This document shows positions 14,507 to 29,169 of a stretch of 64,000 nt of DNA, in pieces. The translations under genes and the position numbers were made by a program. The DNA lies in contig OX597815.1 of NCBI GenBank assembly GCA_951406725.2, forward strand, positions 53,940,001 to 54,004,000. The letters are read 5' to 3'. The notes below the pieces were generated by a model. It was given only the letters and a program-made list of their open reading frames with translations. It was not told the DNA's origin and ran no database searches. Each line of letters starts with the position of its first letter. Positions within the stretch are counted from its first letter, which is position 1. The stretch is from Octopus vulgaris (lineage: Eukaryota).

Positions 14507-15339
14507 GTGTGCGTGCGTGTGTGTCTGTGTGTAATCCAAGTTTTTATGTTCGCCGCCCGCTTACATTTTTGCCAGTATATATATATACAGTGAAGCTTTC
14601 CTATAGCGTCGTATATCGACTGCTATTTCCAGTAAATATTGTTGCATTGTGTGCGTGTGTGTGCGCGCGCGCGCGTGTGTGTGCGTAATTATTAACAAAA
14701 GAAGCAGCATCAGTACCAAAATACATCCATTATACCCAGCTTCACGTTGATATCTTGTTAGAACACTGAATAATGCACTTGATGCAGCGTCGGAAAAGAT
14801 GTTGATAATAATATAAATAACGTCAGTGAAAATTGCCAGTTATGTAGTAACCGAAAGTTTTCCATTGATGATGCCCAGTAGACTGAAATCATGTGATGTG
14901 GGATTTCCTGCACCCAAAATAGATGACTTTCGTTTGCTACGATCTATGAGTGCTTATACGCACCAAGCGCCTATATTAAAATTATCTCCGCATCGAGAGG
15001 ATGTACCATAATTAGCAATGGGCAGTTATGCCCAGCTCCACTTGAGACAATGAGAAAATCTCAAGAATCAAGAATTTTCGAATGTCATTCGATTGAGGAA
15101 GAGGACAGGTTTATAGCCGGGGGAGAAGAGTACAGTCATTACATGTGTTTCTGGCTCAATATCCGTTCTCGACATGACAAGCAAAGCCTGTACATCGTAC
15201 ATTAATTTCTACATCAGAACATTCACTAATAACATTTATTAATTAACCAAGGTCCTAAGGTGAAGTATGCGTGTAAATGTCGCAAGCAAATTTATGTACA
15301 CACATTTCACAATATACATATATGCTGGGGTACTCTATC

Positions 15340-16156
15340 ATCATAATTGTTCGACCGTGGTCGAGACAATGGAATTTACTATGTTACGCCAGACTTCACG
15401 GCCCATAGCATTACGGAGGTCCTGTTGCTGAATGCATGTATCCCTGGAGATTACATCAGGGTAGGAGAGTGTGCGCCTCTTCTACCTTTCACAAGAGATG
15501 ATACAAGTGGTAATTTCCTATATATTTGTACTTTGGTTGGATGACGCTTCCACGAGAGATTTTGAGCTCTCATAAGGAGGCGAGTGTAAGTTCCATCCAA
15601 CCGCCTCTCAAGTTTCTTTGATAACGATCCATATAGTAGAATTGGTTCGACTGTGGCTTTGAAGATTTTAAGTTTGAAATCTCTACTTAGATTTGAGGAC
15701 TAGATGTTATGCATATCATTAGAAGCTGACCAGGCCATACGCTTTCTAGTTAGAAAATCTTTTTCAGATGAGGATATGTATGACCCAACATATTTGTAAT
15801 CAGAAACCATATTTAAGAGCGTATTGTTGAGAGTATGGATGATGAAATCACTGTTGGACAAGCATTTGTTTACATATACAGTCTTGGACTCATTGAGGTA
15901 AAGACCTACATAATTTGAGGCTTGTTCAAGCGATTGTAAAAGAGACTGGGCATTGGAGAGAGAATCACTGATAAGAGCGATGCCGTCAGCAATGTCAGTG
16001 TCTATTAAGTGTTCAGCTGGGTGTCTGGAACTTCTTCTAGGTTTTATTTCAATGCCCTTACCAGAAATGGTATCAACTGACATGCGTAGCACATAATCAA
16101 CGACAACGATGAAGAGAAATGGGGCGAGTGTGTCTCCCTGCAGCATTCCAGCTTTG
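15340..16156 (-). mobile_element. 5'-truncated RTE-like LINE (RT C-terminal part and 3' end)
   Basis: ORF 15700-16146: LQGDTLAPFLFIVVVDYVLR, ADGIAL (ADDIAL-like), GLYLNESKT, YKYVGS; similarity continues past a stop. Confidence 0.85.
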
Positions 16157-16343
16157 ATTGAGGAAGATGATATTTCCCCTATACTCTATAAAAAAACTGC
16201 ATGAAGAATATATGTATAAGCTTTACCTCTTTATATTAGCTGGTCAACAATGTTTCCTCCATGCATTTTACAAGTGTTTATTTACACGTTTCTTAAACAT
16301 CTGCATGTTTTACAACTCATCTAGAGACACGCTACTTAAGTAC

Positions 16344-16383
<40 letters not shown>

Positions 16384-17233
16384 TTGTGTGTGTACATATA
16401 AATATAAACATATATGCACATATTTTTGTATGTGTGTGTATAAATTAGAGAAATAGAAGACTTTAGAATTCAATGTATAATATTCTTACAACTACAAGTA
16501 CTTTATTGATTTTTCTTGTCATAACATTTCCTGTTCAGCGTAGTTTATATAGCAAAGGAAGTCATAAATGTGTAATTTGCCGTGCCTTACGGAAAACTGA
16601 AATTAAGCGGTGAAAACATATCTTGGACTTTCGATAATATTCAACACCATCAAGAAGCGGAAGTGATATAGTTTTCGTATTATGCACAAATATGACAAAA
16701 CAGGAAGACGGAGAGAGTGGATAAAAATGACTTTCTGTTAACTTTCATTTCAAACTCTATGAAATATTAACGTTAGACACAAACGTTCATACATACATAC
16801 ATAAATACGTACATATATAAATCCATGTGTGAACGTATTTATATAAATATACACATACACACATAAACAAACGCATACATACAATAAAGAGACAGCGAAA
16901 GGATAACAAAAAGAAGGAGACAGAGATGTTAAAAGAGCGGAGTTGCTAGAGTGTCAAGATTTTCTTCCGTCTTTCCTCATTCTGAGTTCAGATTCTACTT
17001 TTGGTTAAGTTTGTAATCAATAGATAAGGACTCAGTCAAATGGTCTCATCTATAAAGCTGTCACCTTCTAAATGTTTCATTGGGTCAGTTGTGGAAATCG
17101 AGAGGGTAATTTATATGAACCCCGTTTACGTTGGTAAATCAAACGATCAGGGAAAGCATAGTACATGCTAACACCAATGATATCGAATTATACTCGATAA
17201 CGAGTGACAGTATTGCTATTCACAAACACCCAC

Positions 17234-17321
<88 letters not shown>

Positions 17322-18245
17322 TAGATAGATAGAGAGAGATAGGATTGACACTTACGGGTTAGAATATTTATGAATTTTCGTTCTATCACAAAAATTTCAA
17401 TTAACCAAACCTTCAGTTTAATGTTTACTTTTTAATGAGACAGTTTTCAGCTATATTCTCAATTTTTTGTGTACTATTATATTTTGGGTTACAAGTAATA
17501 GGTTCTCCCTTTTCAAAACCAAGGGAGTAAAAAGAATACCCAAATTAACTGATAGCATATATCCAACGGCTTGACTGTAAGGAAAATTCCTAATTTAATG
17601 CTCGATTCCTCCTCTTCCTTTCCCCCTAAAAAGGCGTTCAGATAAATTACTAACTAATATAAGAAGAAACGGTTTTATTCATATTTAAAATGAATTTCAA
17701 TTACTCACTGGAATGAAAGTGAGGCAGAACAAACATTTTCCCCATATTTGTACTGTTACTGCTGAGGCATGTTTTATATTTTGAATATTTCATATTAATA
17801 TTTTTTTAATCTCTGATACATTTTCGTCGTATTAGGTATTTAGTACTGAACTTTATATTCGTAAAAATCTCTCATTATTTCGCTGCGGTACTCTGCATTC
17901 GATGAATCATTGTTGATCACACTATAAAATATTAAAGTAAGCTAGTGTAGAGAATATTAGAAGATACTTTGTTTAGGGAGGTAAAATTGTAGTGATTCGT
18001 TCATCACGAATGTAGCTAGATATAAATTTGTGAGTCAGTATTGCATGGCAAAGCATCGTTAAGAAATGATTATTATAAGTAAGCTTACTTTAGACGTAAG
18101 TAAAAATAAGCTGTAATCTAACAATTCAATACTATTCATCTAATCCTGCTCTCAACGAGAAAAATAAATGGGAGGTAAAGAAAACGCCACGAACCGTCGA
18201 AGAGTTTGGGTATGAATCCATTAACATTGAAACTATCAATGTTTA

Positions 18246-18939
18246 TCATATCTATAAAAGGGATGATGTGTGTGTGTGTGTGTGTGTGTGTGTACGTGAT
18301 TGTAATTTATGCACATCCACAAATTAGCGCGCATGTCGCTCAAAATTTAGGAGGACATTCGCCAACATCCTATCTGGGTTTTGTCAACTTATTTTTTTCC
18401 CGAGGCACCCGCGGATAGAGTAAAAATCTATTTTCAGCCATAGCTTTTAGCCATAAAAATATCAGCCATAGCTTTTTTGACAGCGTCTAACAAAAAAACA
18501 AGATAAAGAAAAGTGGAAGAGGAGCAGAGTTTCATGGGAAAGACAAAGTGAGAGAGGGAGAGAGAGAGAGAGAGTAAGTACCGACGCTCATAGAAAATAA
18601 AATGTAAAATGTTTTGATTTTTCTTAAACACGAGATATAGTTTTCAAATTCAGGATGATTTTGAAAGGCACTATATTTTATAATCATAGCATATATACTT
18701 TCTCATGCAACAATTAGAATATATTTATTTTAAATCACTTATTTATTTTAAATCGTTCATTTTTCTCCCCCTCTCTCTCTCACATTACTTTGGGTGTGAA
18801 AGAGTTTTATTTTTATTTTACGCCGAGTAAAAAAGTGTTTTGCTGAGAGTCGATATTACTTAGTTTGGTTTGAAATAAAGAATTTGATTAGCTTAATAAT
18901 CGTAACTTAATCACGGGCAAGGCCGGGTTATACTGCTAG
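18246..18939 (+). mobile_element. Non-autonomous Helitron
   Basis: A|TC 5' end (tcatatctataaaagg, then TG repeat). 3' GC-rich imperfect hairpin cacgggcaaggccggg followed by CTAG|T at 18936-18940. No TSD. Confidence 0.65.
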
Positions 18940-19014
18940 TTTCAAATAATTTACCAAATAACCTACTAATACTATGTATTCTTATGAATTGTTTTCAATA
19001 TATAACCACGGTTT

Positions 19015-19220
19015 ACGGCGAGCTGGCAGTATCGTTACCACACCAGGGAAAATCCTTAGCAAAGTGTCCGTCTTTACATGCTGAATTCAAATTCTGCCTA
19101 GGTCAACTTTGCATTTTATCCGTTCGAGGTCGATAAAATAAGTAGCAGTTGAGCACTGGAGTAGATGCAATCAACTTATCTCCTACTTCAAACTGGCCTT
19201 GTGCCAAAATTTGAAACCAG
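19015..19220 (+). mobile_element. SINE family B copy (degenerate)
   Basis: ggcgagctggcag..ttcaaattc..ggtcaactttgc..gtcgataaaataagta.cagttgagcactgg matches the reverse complement of 23610-23975. Confidence 0.75.
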
Positions 19221-19649
19221 TATATAACAACGGTAAGTTTATTTGAAGTTACAAATAACTTTAATAACATATTTGCAAAACGTCAATTGCTTGAATCAAT
19301 TTACCTTACTCGATTTCTAATTGGTATCGCTCGAACTGAATGCAAAACCAACATTTATTAAACTTTATTTTTAACTGAAGAAATAAATAATATTTATAAT
19401 TATAAACAATTTTTCACTTAATCTTTCGAAGACAACAATTATTAAGTCTGACAGATTCATATTCTCAATTTTGCAGACGATAATAACAATTTCTCTTGAT
19501 TCCTTCCGAAAAAGATCATGATGATGATGATGATGAACAACATGAAAAAGAAGAAGAAGAAGAGGAGGAGGAGGAGGATGGGGAGGTGCAGAGGATAAGG
19601 AGCAAGAGGTGTAAGAAAAGAACAAAATTATGACGACTCCGACGACGAG

Positions 19650-19718
19650 GAAGAAGAAGAAGAAGAAGAAGAAGAAGAAGAAGAAGAAGAAGAAGAAGAA
19701 GAAGAAGAAGAAGAAGAA
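19650..19718. repeat. (GAA)n microsatellite within a purine-rich triplet tract
   Basis: Seen directly; produces the spurious poly-Phe ORF. Confidence 0.95.
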
Positions 19719-20059
19719 ATTAATATGTAAATGAAATGGAAAGTATTTCTTTGAGCAGAAGTTATTAGCAAGGAACAAAATATGTATGTACCTAATTTTC
19801 ATATTTAAACTAATATCATGAAGTGAAATGAACTAATATATATATATATATATATATATATGACATGGCAGTTCATAGAAATATATATGTGTTTGTGCGT
19901 GAGTGTGCGTCCGTGTTGTGTATAAACACACACTTACACAGTTATTACTTGTATCTCTATAGCGCGCCCATGCAAGTGTATATCATACTAGGTTTGGAAA
20001 AAAAGTCCTGTCACATTTCAACATGGGAAAGAAACATATACTTTTTTCATCTTAATTTA

Positions 20060-20950
20060 CACATTTAGTCAAGATACTTTTCTGTTATAATTCCGTCTAG
20101 TTTGCAAATATTCGATCTCTAGAGCATTGGATGCTTGAGGTTTGGAAGTAAAGGAACGCTTGGAATAATTTTTTGCCTCCTCACAATTAACAAACTGTTT
20201 TCGTTCTAAAGAATGCTGCAATTATCTGAAAATATTTCTTGAATGATTTGGACTTGCATTATCGTCCGAGAGTAACAACCTTTTTTGTCTGACCAATGAT
20301 GGACGTTTATTCGGCAACTTTTTATGCCAAGCAACTTTATTCGGCAACTTTTTTATGCCAATTGACAATATGCCTGCGTATTAACAGCATCGTTGGGGTT
20401 TAACATTTCATCACAAGCGATACTCTTCATGTTCAACCAAACAGAGCATAACTTTTCTCGAATTTAGGTTTGATTTAAGGATGGTCTATCCTTTCTCATT
20501 TGATTCTTATCATTGTCGTTTCTATTGAATATGGTTATAGAGAACCCACTTCATAACTTGTGACGATTCTACCTCGGAAAAGCTTAGTCGACCGTCTACT
20601 CATCAATCACAAGTAGGGGACGATTCTTTGATTAAGCTGAGAAGCGGTCGAATTTTGAAGGATCCGCTGATCAAGTTTAGACCCGCTTCCAGATTCATAA
20701 ATGAGTTTTATGATTGAAGTGTGACTTGCATTTAACTGATCTGGTAATTTTGTGCAGTTTGCTTTGGATCTTCCTTAACTACGGTTTACAGAAGCTCAAT
20801 ATTGACCAAACTCGGTGATCCAGATCAACAGAACCATCGTTATTGTTCGGTCACGTAAAACTTCAGGTCCATAGACAGAACGTTTGTTTCTTGCCACTTC
20901 CATTGCTGAAAAGCCCCTTTCGGATTCATATAGCATGAAGTGTCTGAACT
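20060..20950 (-). pseudogene. Highly degenerate mariner transposase remnant
   Basis: Minus-strand motifs resembling VTGDEKWVLY (..KWVLYNH), RKVMLC, and C-terminal LQHSLERKQFVNCEEAKN..FTSKP. Confidence 0.6.
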
Positions 20951-21429
20951 AAACCTTTAGAGTAAAATTGATACGAATTGAACCACTATGGTACAAAGTA
21001 ATCTACAAAGAATGAAAAAGATATTAGAAGGTAAAAATCAGTGCTTATTTTACTGTAAGTATTGGAAAAGTACCCTCAAATCGATTATATCAAATATGCG
21101 CTAGGATTGTCTTCGCAAACTAATAACATTCTCTGTACACACATACACATATATATATACCCACACCCCTACACCACATCCCCATACCCCACACCAATCT
21201 ACACACACTAGCATTGGCAACTACCCAGCACCCATACCACACGGCATCATCTGCACACCCACACACCATTATCCACACATTCGAGACACACACACTAACA
21301 CATGCACACATCTACATACATCAAAGACACTAGCCCATATCCACACACACACACACACACACACTTTCTCGTATAAACACGCATGCGCACCATCGTTTTG
21401 GGATCGCTAACACTTTATTAACGCCTCTT

Positions 21430-21623
21430 CTTTCTACCACCCTTGTCAAACCTTTTTTCCAGCCAGTAAATCCAAAAGTTATTTTTTTATTCTCTCTGTT
21501 AATTTTCTCATATTTTCTTTCTGTTCAAGAGCGTATGGTCGAGACATAAAATACTTTCTCGTGCATCTAATACACCTGCTTGTTGTTCATGCACCTGTTT
21601 TTTGCCTTTCTGTAAATGTCCAC

Positions 21624-21628
<5 letters not shown>
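21430..21628 (+). repeat. PLE pseudo-LTR-like repeat, family C
   Basis: Matches 33330-33541, 40236-40415(-) and 52570-52790; ends at (TA)n. Confidence 0.7.
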
Positions 21629-21662
<34 letters not shown>

Positions 21663-21736
21663 GTGTGTGTGTGTGTATGCATACACATACACTCACATAC
21701 ACACGCACATATACCCACACACATACTTATATACTA

Positions 21737-22605
21737 GAATGAAAAGTGCGAGCGCAGAATCCTACAATATCATTAAGTATTGAAGCTGGAAAAATACAGG
21801 ACAAGAAGAAATTCTGCGGCTGAAGTTACAATTTAAAAGCCAAAATAGTAGTAAATGTCCTTTTACACTTTTTAGTTTTACCTATAAATTTAAATAAAAA
21901 TACTAAAGAAGCTATTTTCAATTTAAGTGAAAAGATTAATTCCCTGCAAATTTACACATAAAAATTTACCATTACAAATTTATATATTTTAAAAATCATA
22001 TAATTGCAATTTAAGCAAAATTGAGAATTATAACCCGTTATATTTTTTTTAAAGCTAGAGATATTTCTACATTTTGCACTCAATTTATTCATTAGCCTTC
22101 GTTTTCAAAAAAATATTTTTCTTACTGTAAATAGAAAATATTTGCTAACTTATGAAAAATTTAAAGATATTAATTCTTTTGTTTCCTCAATTTTTTTAAC
22201 TTTTTTACTTTTTTGAATTAGATATATTCTACATGAGTTTAATTTTATAACATATCTGTGATTTAAAATATCTGGATAATGAGTTTTATTACGTAAAGAA
22301 AATAAAAAAATTATAATACTAAGATAAATGTTTTAGCTTAATAGGAAGAAATTCTTAAATCAAGATTATTAACTTAAATTTAAAAAACATTGTAATAAAA
22401 AGCAAAATAATATAAAAAGCAAAACAGTGTCCACGCTATTTGATGAACAATTTCAGAAATTTATTTACAAAATACTAATTTTTGTAGCAAAATTTCTTTT
22501 TCTTCTTGTCCTGTACTTTTCCAGGTTTAATTAGTGCCTGTTGTTTACATTTCCAGGTTCTATAGTTAAAATACTGTAGGATTTTGCGCCCTCATTTTTT
22601 CATTT
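21737..22605. mobile_element. AT-rich non-autonomous DNA element with imperfect terminal inverted repeats
   Basis: gcgcagaatcctacaatat (~21755) vs atactgtaggattttgcgc (~22571); ctggaaaaatacaggacaagaagaaa (~21787) vs tttcttcttgtcctgtactttttccag (~22499). Confidence 0.6.
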
Positions 22606-23609
22606 TAGCGCACTTTTTTCCAGGCAACGCTTCTATAATTAGAAGTAATTATATTTACCTTTATAATTAAAAAAGGGATACAACTGCAAATATTCTTTAA
22701 ATTCAGATTTTTTATGCACAAGATTTTGGTCGGCCGGAGGCTATTGTAAAGACTCTCGAGCAAAGTACCATGCAGTAGGACTGAACCCGGAACCGTTGGT
22801 TTGGGAAGCCACACATATTTGTTTCTGCGTGTTGCGGAGTTTTAACATAAATTTTCTTATATAGCTTATATGAATAAATGTTTAAAGCATTAAAAATAAC
22901 AAGACTTTAAATTTGAAATTTTTAAAGCTATTGTTATTTTGTAACGCAGATTGTGCAGTAGAGCATAAGTTCGACATACTACAGATTATTCTAATACGTC
23001 ACTCACGAAGACAGCATTATTTTATGTAGAAGACTTGATCGATTTTTGCTGGTTTTGACAATATAATAATTACATTCTCCCCTCCGGTTCCTAGCAGTTA
23101 AATGTTGGAAAAAAACTCTCTTGTATAGTAATAATATCGAACTAAGCAACACATAGACCAGAGATTGCAAACGGACTAAGACATTATGTATCTATTTTCT
23201 CATCTTAGTATTCGTACCAGATATAACTAATATTGTCAGGAAAAATATAAATTACAAATTTTATTGATTCTTCACCAATAATGTGAACGTTTATATATTC
23301 CATAATTTAATAAAGAGACATAAAATAAAAACCGTAGAAAGACTTTTACATATGAGTGATATAATTTTGCAGTTATCTTTATCAACACATAATTTTCAGA
23401 AAGGAGGAAAAAGAAACAACACGGAAAGCAGGTAGGAAAATGTAAGACGTGCTGCTATTAAGGATTATTTATGTAGGCATGGTATCTCCAATTAAATACG
23501 ACAAATAATGGGTTGTTCTAATGTTCATATTTTTATGAGTTGCCTAACCACGTGACTGAAAGCAACGTCTGGCGAAAAATTGAAACTGGATCCTCGGTTT
23601 ATGTTTTTG

Positions 23610-23975
23610 GATAGAAGGGGCCAGTCGATTAGATCGATCCCAGTACGTAACTGGTACTTAATTTATCGGCTCCGGGAGGATGAAAGACAAAGTCCACTTC
23701 GGCGGGAATTGAACTCAGAATATAAAGACACGAAATACCTATTTCTTTACTATCCACAAGGGGCTAAACACAGAGAGAACAAACAAGGACAGACGGACGG
23801 GTTAAGTCGACTACATCGACCCCAGTGCGTAACTGGTATTTATTTAAATCGACCCCGAAAGGATGAAAGGCAAAGTCGACCTCGGCGGGATTTGAACTCA
23901 GAACGTAGCGGCAGGCAAAATACCACTAAGCATTTCGCCCGCCGCAGTAACGTTTCTGCCAGCGCGCCACCTTCC
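23610..23975 (-). mobile_element. SINE family B, with a partial tandem second unit
   Basis: Minus strand ggtggcgcgctggcagaaacgtt...ctgagttcaaatcccgccgaggtcgactttgcctttcatcc...; B-box-like gttcaaatcc; the core is repeated at 23610-23720. Confidence 0.85.
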
Positions 23976-24038
23976 TGCTTCCAGGTATTATTGGGAAAAT
24001 ATTTCATCTGTAAATGTCTTCTTATGTATATAAACACA

Positions 24039-24090
<52 letters not shown>

Positions 24091-24112
24091 ACCCCCATAT
24101 ATATATATATAT

Positions 24113-24322
24113 AGTCACAATTTAGGTTAGTTGAAATAGGTTTGTCACATATTTCAACAGCGAAAGGAAAATACACAAGAGTTACACTGCAAATGCACTG
24201 CAAATACACTGCAGTTACCTTTTTACCGAAAGAGAGAATTTTTCTCCACGCTAACTGCAACGTATTTGCCTTTAGCAGTTGAAATATGTGACAAACATAT
24301 TTCAACTGCTAAATTGTGATTA
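24113..24322. mobile_element. MITE-like fold-back element next to (TA)n
   Basis: tcacaatttag..agttgaaata.gtttgtcacatatttcaac at the left end, reverse complement at the right end. Confidence 0.7.
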
Positions 24323-24351
24323 TAAGTAAACACACCTTAGCGCATTTTCTC

Positions 24352-24450
<99 letters not shown>

Positions 24451-24555
24451 TTGATAGAAATTGCAAGATAACAAAAGAATGAAAGAGACCTCGATATTAT
24501 GTAAATAGAGGAATTTATCTGTAAATATAATATGTGACAATTATTCGGTAGTCAT

Positions 24556-24616
24556 GATAAAACTCCGAGTTTCGAATGTCGGGGCGGAAGCCCACACCAG
24601 CATCTCTTCAGTTATC
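24556..24616 (-). ncRNA. Type I hammerhead ribozyme fold
   Basis: Minus strand: stem I GAUAA/UUAUC; core CUGAAGA; imperfect stem II with inner GGGC-UUCC-GCCC; GAAA; stem III ACUC-G-GAGU; GUU cleavage triplet. Confidence 0.7.
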
Positions 24617-25152
24617 GAGCCATCGAAAAAGATAATATGAAAATGACCGTTAAAACAAAGGGAAATTACTGTGTAAATGACCGTTATTAAGACAAAAGAG
24701 CTTTTAGAATGATCGCAAAGTAAGGGGAGGGAGTAAAGTTAAGGGAGTAAAAATGTTCATAATAATCGCGTAAGCGCGCATGTCCATACATACACATGCG
24801 CGCCCGCACAACCACGTACATGCGCCTATATGTAAATACTCATCCACCCTCACTTGAAACACACACATGATCACCCATACATTCGCCAAAAACTATATAC
24901 ATACCCGCATACACGCTCGCACACACACACAGACACGCGCACAGAAAAGATTCATACACACGTCTATATACGCACAGGCACAAGAGAAAACAGTGTTATA
25001 CGCAAAATACAGAAAAATGTGTAAAAGAAGTGTAAAAAAACAAGCAATAAGAGTAAAACACGTCGATCGATATACGCACATATTCGCATGCATGCACACA
25101 CACGTCTATATACGCATTTACCCGCACACACGTACTCATCCACACGCGCACA

Positions 25153-25196
<44 letters not shown>

Positions 25197-25198
25197 AA

Positions 25199-25244
<46 letters not shown>

Positions 25245-27577
25245 AAATAGATAGATAACATCTCGTTTTCTTCACTTGGTATCTCTGCTTATTGGTTGCC
25301 ATTTATCTCTTCTTTATTTGAATGTGTTTTTATGTGGTCCAGTCAATTTTTTGTTGACCAGATACAACTGTTAGTTTTATTCAATATTCCCGATATTAAT
25401 TATAACCTTTTTAACAGAGCCATCTCCAAATGAATAATAATCATAGCCATGTTGATATAATAACCCAAGCTTGTAACAGGCTTTAACATCAAATATGTTT
25501 GTCTTCTAATGGTATGCAATGTTGATTCCGGTTAGTCATCTGGATCGTCTCTCACAACCTTCCTTATCTGCTATCCTCGTGCATAATTCCATAACGAAAA
25601 CGATAACGTTGTATATTATTCTTTTAAATTCGAACATATTCATACTGCCAATGTTAATGTCAAGTTACTACTCACTAAATGTTAATATTTTATTAAAGGA
25701 TTCTTTACGGGTTTGTAATCTCATTTATCTGTCTATACGGAGAGTATACATGACAACGTGACAGACGTTTTTGTGCATATAAAAATTGAGAATATTTGTT
25801 GGTTTGAACAAAATAAATATAGACTCAATATATGAATAGTGTAAGAATTAGTAATCAAGTAACATTCAGAAACTAGTATTCATTCTCATACATCTAAGCT
25901 TTATATAGAATTTAAGGTTTGCATAACATAATGTAGGAAACATCTGAAGTTTCGAGATCGTATTGATCGCGAGTTAATTTGAGATTTTAGGAAGTGGTAA
26001 GGTGAGAGACTCGGTAAATACCATAAATATTTAGTTGCGTACTTTCAAGTTCTGAGATTAAACCTCAAAAGAAAGGACCTGGCATTTCCCCTCTCTGTTG
26101 TCATAATCATAAATATTAGTAATGATTATAGTCGGCCATAAACTACTATATCACCACGCTAAATTATGATAATTGAAGAAAACGTTTTAGATGCGCGAAT
26201 GAAACATTTTTCAGGCCTCAGTAAAGAAAGACTGAGTGAATATGTAATAACTTCTAAATCTGAGTTCAAATTTTGCAGATATGAACCTTATATTGCTTAA
26301 ACATCAAAAGAACCTTTTCAAGTAACTCCCGCTTATATTGAAAAAAAAAAACACACACACACACAAACACACAAAACTAGATAATCTCGTTCTAGAAACA
26401 TTGTTTGGAAAAGGAAGGAATCTTCGCGGTTGGAACGCCTTTCATCATACTTCAGCGGGGATAGATCCTGCTTTAACTGGGACTAAATAACAACAATGGT
26501 ATAAACCATATTCCTTGGAGAGAAATCAATATATGCTAACAAAACTTCTTCACTTCCATTTTGCCAGTCTTCGGATGACTAATGCAGAGAAAAAATATGT
26601 GGGCGACTCATAAATAAATTAACTCAACATTCACATGATTTAACCGTCATCATTATTACGCATTAAACACAACTATTTTTATTTCAAATATAACTGATAT
26701 TTTTAATTCAATTTCTCTGCAGCCATTTGGATCTTCTTCAAAAAATACAAAAGCCATCATATCACCTATCTTTATATATTGTTCTACTTAATAAACACAC
26801 ACACACACACACACATACATATAGACATATGTTCATATTATATAGATATGTACGTATGTATTCTTCTCACCACCACCTTCTGTTCAATACATTCTATTTA
26901 AACTTTTGAGCTGAAACAAACGGATTTAGAAAATGCAGCAGTTTCACTGCAACCACATATTAATGATAATATAAAAATAGCACCAATATAATATTACATG
27001 CATAAATAATAAACTGTGAACATTTATATTGTTTTATCGTGGAAATTGCAGATTATTAATTAATTACAGCTTCTCGGTTGATACTAATGTCAATTCTGAA
27101 ACCAGCACCTTATGTATCAAACCCACAAGATGTCAAAATGTAAAGTACAAATTAGGTCCCCCAACTTTTTAGGTTTTTAGGCGTTACTTAATACATCAGT
27201 GTCTCCCAAAGTAGAGATGATTGCGTGAATCTGATGCCATATTTGGACGTAACACGCCACTGGTTAGAGATTTCAACAGTAGCAACGTTTTTTTTAAACA
27301 CAAGACCAAAAAAGTAAAATACAAGCTTCCCATCTGAAAGATTCAGTTTAGAACAATATTACATATTGTTGAATAGGCTGACTACTATTATCTGCTCTTG
27401 TATACTAAGATGTATCGACTGCCGTATATCGGATTAACAGATTTAATAAGGAACTTTAAGCTGTGTATGTATATATGTATGTATTTACGTATGTGAACAT
27501 ACATACGTACGTGAACAGACGCACATAAATACATACACACACAGATACACACATACATACATACATACATACATACA

Positions 27578-27638
<61 letters not shown>

Positions 27639-27934
27639 GCAATGTCAACAATAACCGCCACAAATAAAGAGGAAGGGAATAGTGAAAGTGTATAGGAAAA
27701 GATAATCAGGAGCGATTAAGAAGTAAAACAGAAAGATGATAATAGTCAATGGGAAAAGGTAAGAGAGAGGGAGAGAGGGAGGTGGAGAGAGATCCAGAGG
27801 TAGAGAGAGAGAGAGAAAGAGAGAGAGAAAGCGCGAGAGTGAGAGACAGACAGACAGAAAGAGAAAGTAGTGAACAACAGTAGAGGTGGTTTCTAATTGC
27901 ATAAGGAGTTATCTCAACACAGGAATGTGTACAT

Positions 27935-27996
<62 letters not shown>

Positions 27997-28008
27997 GTAT
28001 ATATACAG

Positions 28009-28055
<47 letters not shown>

Positions 28056-28442
28056 CATACAAATACAAAACACACACACACACACATATGATTATATGAT
28101 TCCGAATCTAGTTGGTGTGAACAGGTGAAGATGCCAAGTCACTGTGTTCTTGACCTCCAACAATTCCAAAATAAACAATCTCTACATTGAATAACTGTGA
28201 AAACCACCTGTGCCATAGTTTACCGCAGGCTATTTTACTCATTTTAGTTTCTGAAATGGGGCTAAGCTGCGACTTATCGATCAGAGTACTACTTATCTAA
28301 GTCTGGTAGATATTGTTACTGTTTTTTGAACCGCTAATTTACGAGGCATAATCATAAATTTAGATATTAAGCATTGTAAGCGTGACAGCAGACATTCGAG
28401 TCAGTTAAATGCTGAGCACTTACATACATATACGAGTGTATT

Positions 28443-28477
<35 letters not shown>

Positions 28478-28484
28478 TATATAT

Positions 28485-28538
<54 letters not shown>

Positions 28539-28587
28539 TGTGGGATAGCAGCGCCAAGCTGTGATGTGTATAAATAAAAGGACATTA

Positions 28588-28766
28588 CCAGTTGAAATAT
28601 GCTTGTGGCATATTCGAACACGTAAGAAAGCTATTCACTGTCTTGTCACGGAGAAAATTTCTGGTAGTAGACACCATCTGGCTACTGCGAGAAATTTTCC
28701 CCATGACAAAACACAGTCAATGGCTTTTTTACAGGTTCGAATATGCCGCAAACATACTTAAAATGG
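28588..28766. repeat. Imperfect fold-back (MITE-like), related to 24113-24322
   Basis: tgtggcatattcgaac...gagaaaatttct / agaaattttcc...gttcgaatatgccgca, centred near 28675. Confidence 0.75.
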
Positions 28767-28792
28767 CATCAACCACATATATATATAAAATT

Positions 28793-29008
28793 GCAGCGTG
28801 GTAGGTGTTTATATGCCATTTAAAAGCACACAAAACCGTTAGATTCACTTCAACATTTAAATTTAATTTGTAAAATTCCATGCTATATCTCGGAATTTTG
28901 TCGCAGTTTATTAACGACGAAAATATTTTGACAAATTAAATTTAAATGTTGAAGTGAATCTAACGGTATTTGTGTTTTTAAATGGCTTATAAACACCTTA
29001 CACGCTGC
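28793..29008. repeat. Inverted-repeat element (~85-bp arms) between TA tracts
   Basis: ccgttagattcacttcaacatttaaatttaatttgt vs acaaattaaatttaaatgttgaagtgaatctaacgg. Confidence 0.85.
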
Positions 29009-29069
29009 TACCGTATTTGTTTCAGCACATGATCTCAGATCAAGTCACTTGCTACGCAAGTACATCTCC

Positions 29070-29103
<34 letters not shown>

Positions 29104-29104
<1 letters not shown>

Positions 29105-29169
29105 TAATAACGAGAATTTTGGGATGGAAATTCATATATGAATTTCTATCCAAAAGTTCTCGTTATTAC
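29104..29169. repeat. 66-bp near-perfect palindrome next to (TA)n
   Basis: gtaataacgagaa...gaaattcatatatgaatttc...ttctcgttattac. Confidence 0.85.

Noticed and set aside
14830-15180. Possible RTE endonuclease N-terminus on the minus strand (NIGAWCV*AL)
   Set aside because: A single weak motif, in the wrong position relative to the adjacent RT fragment.
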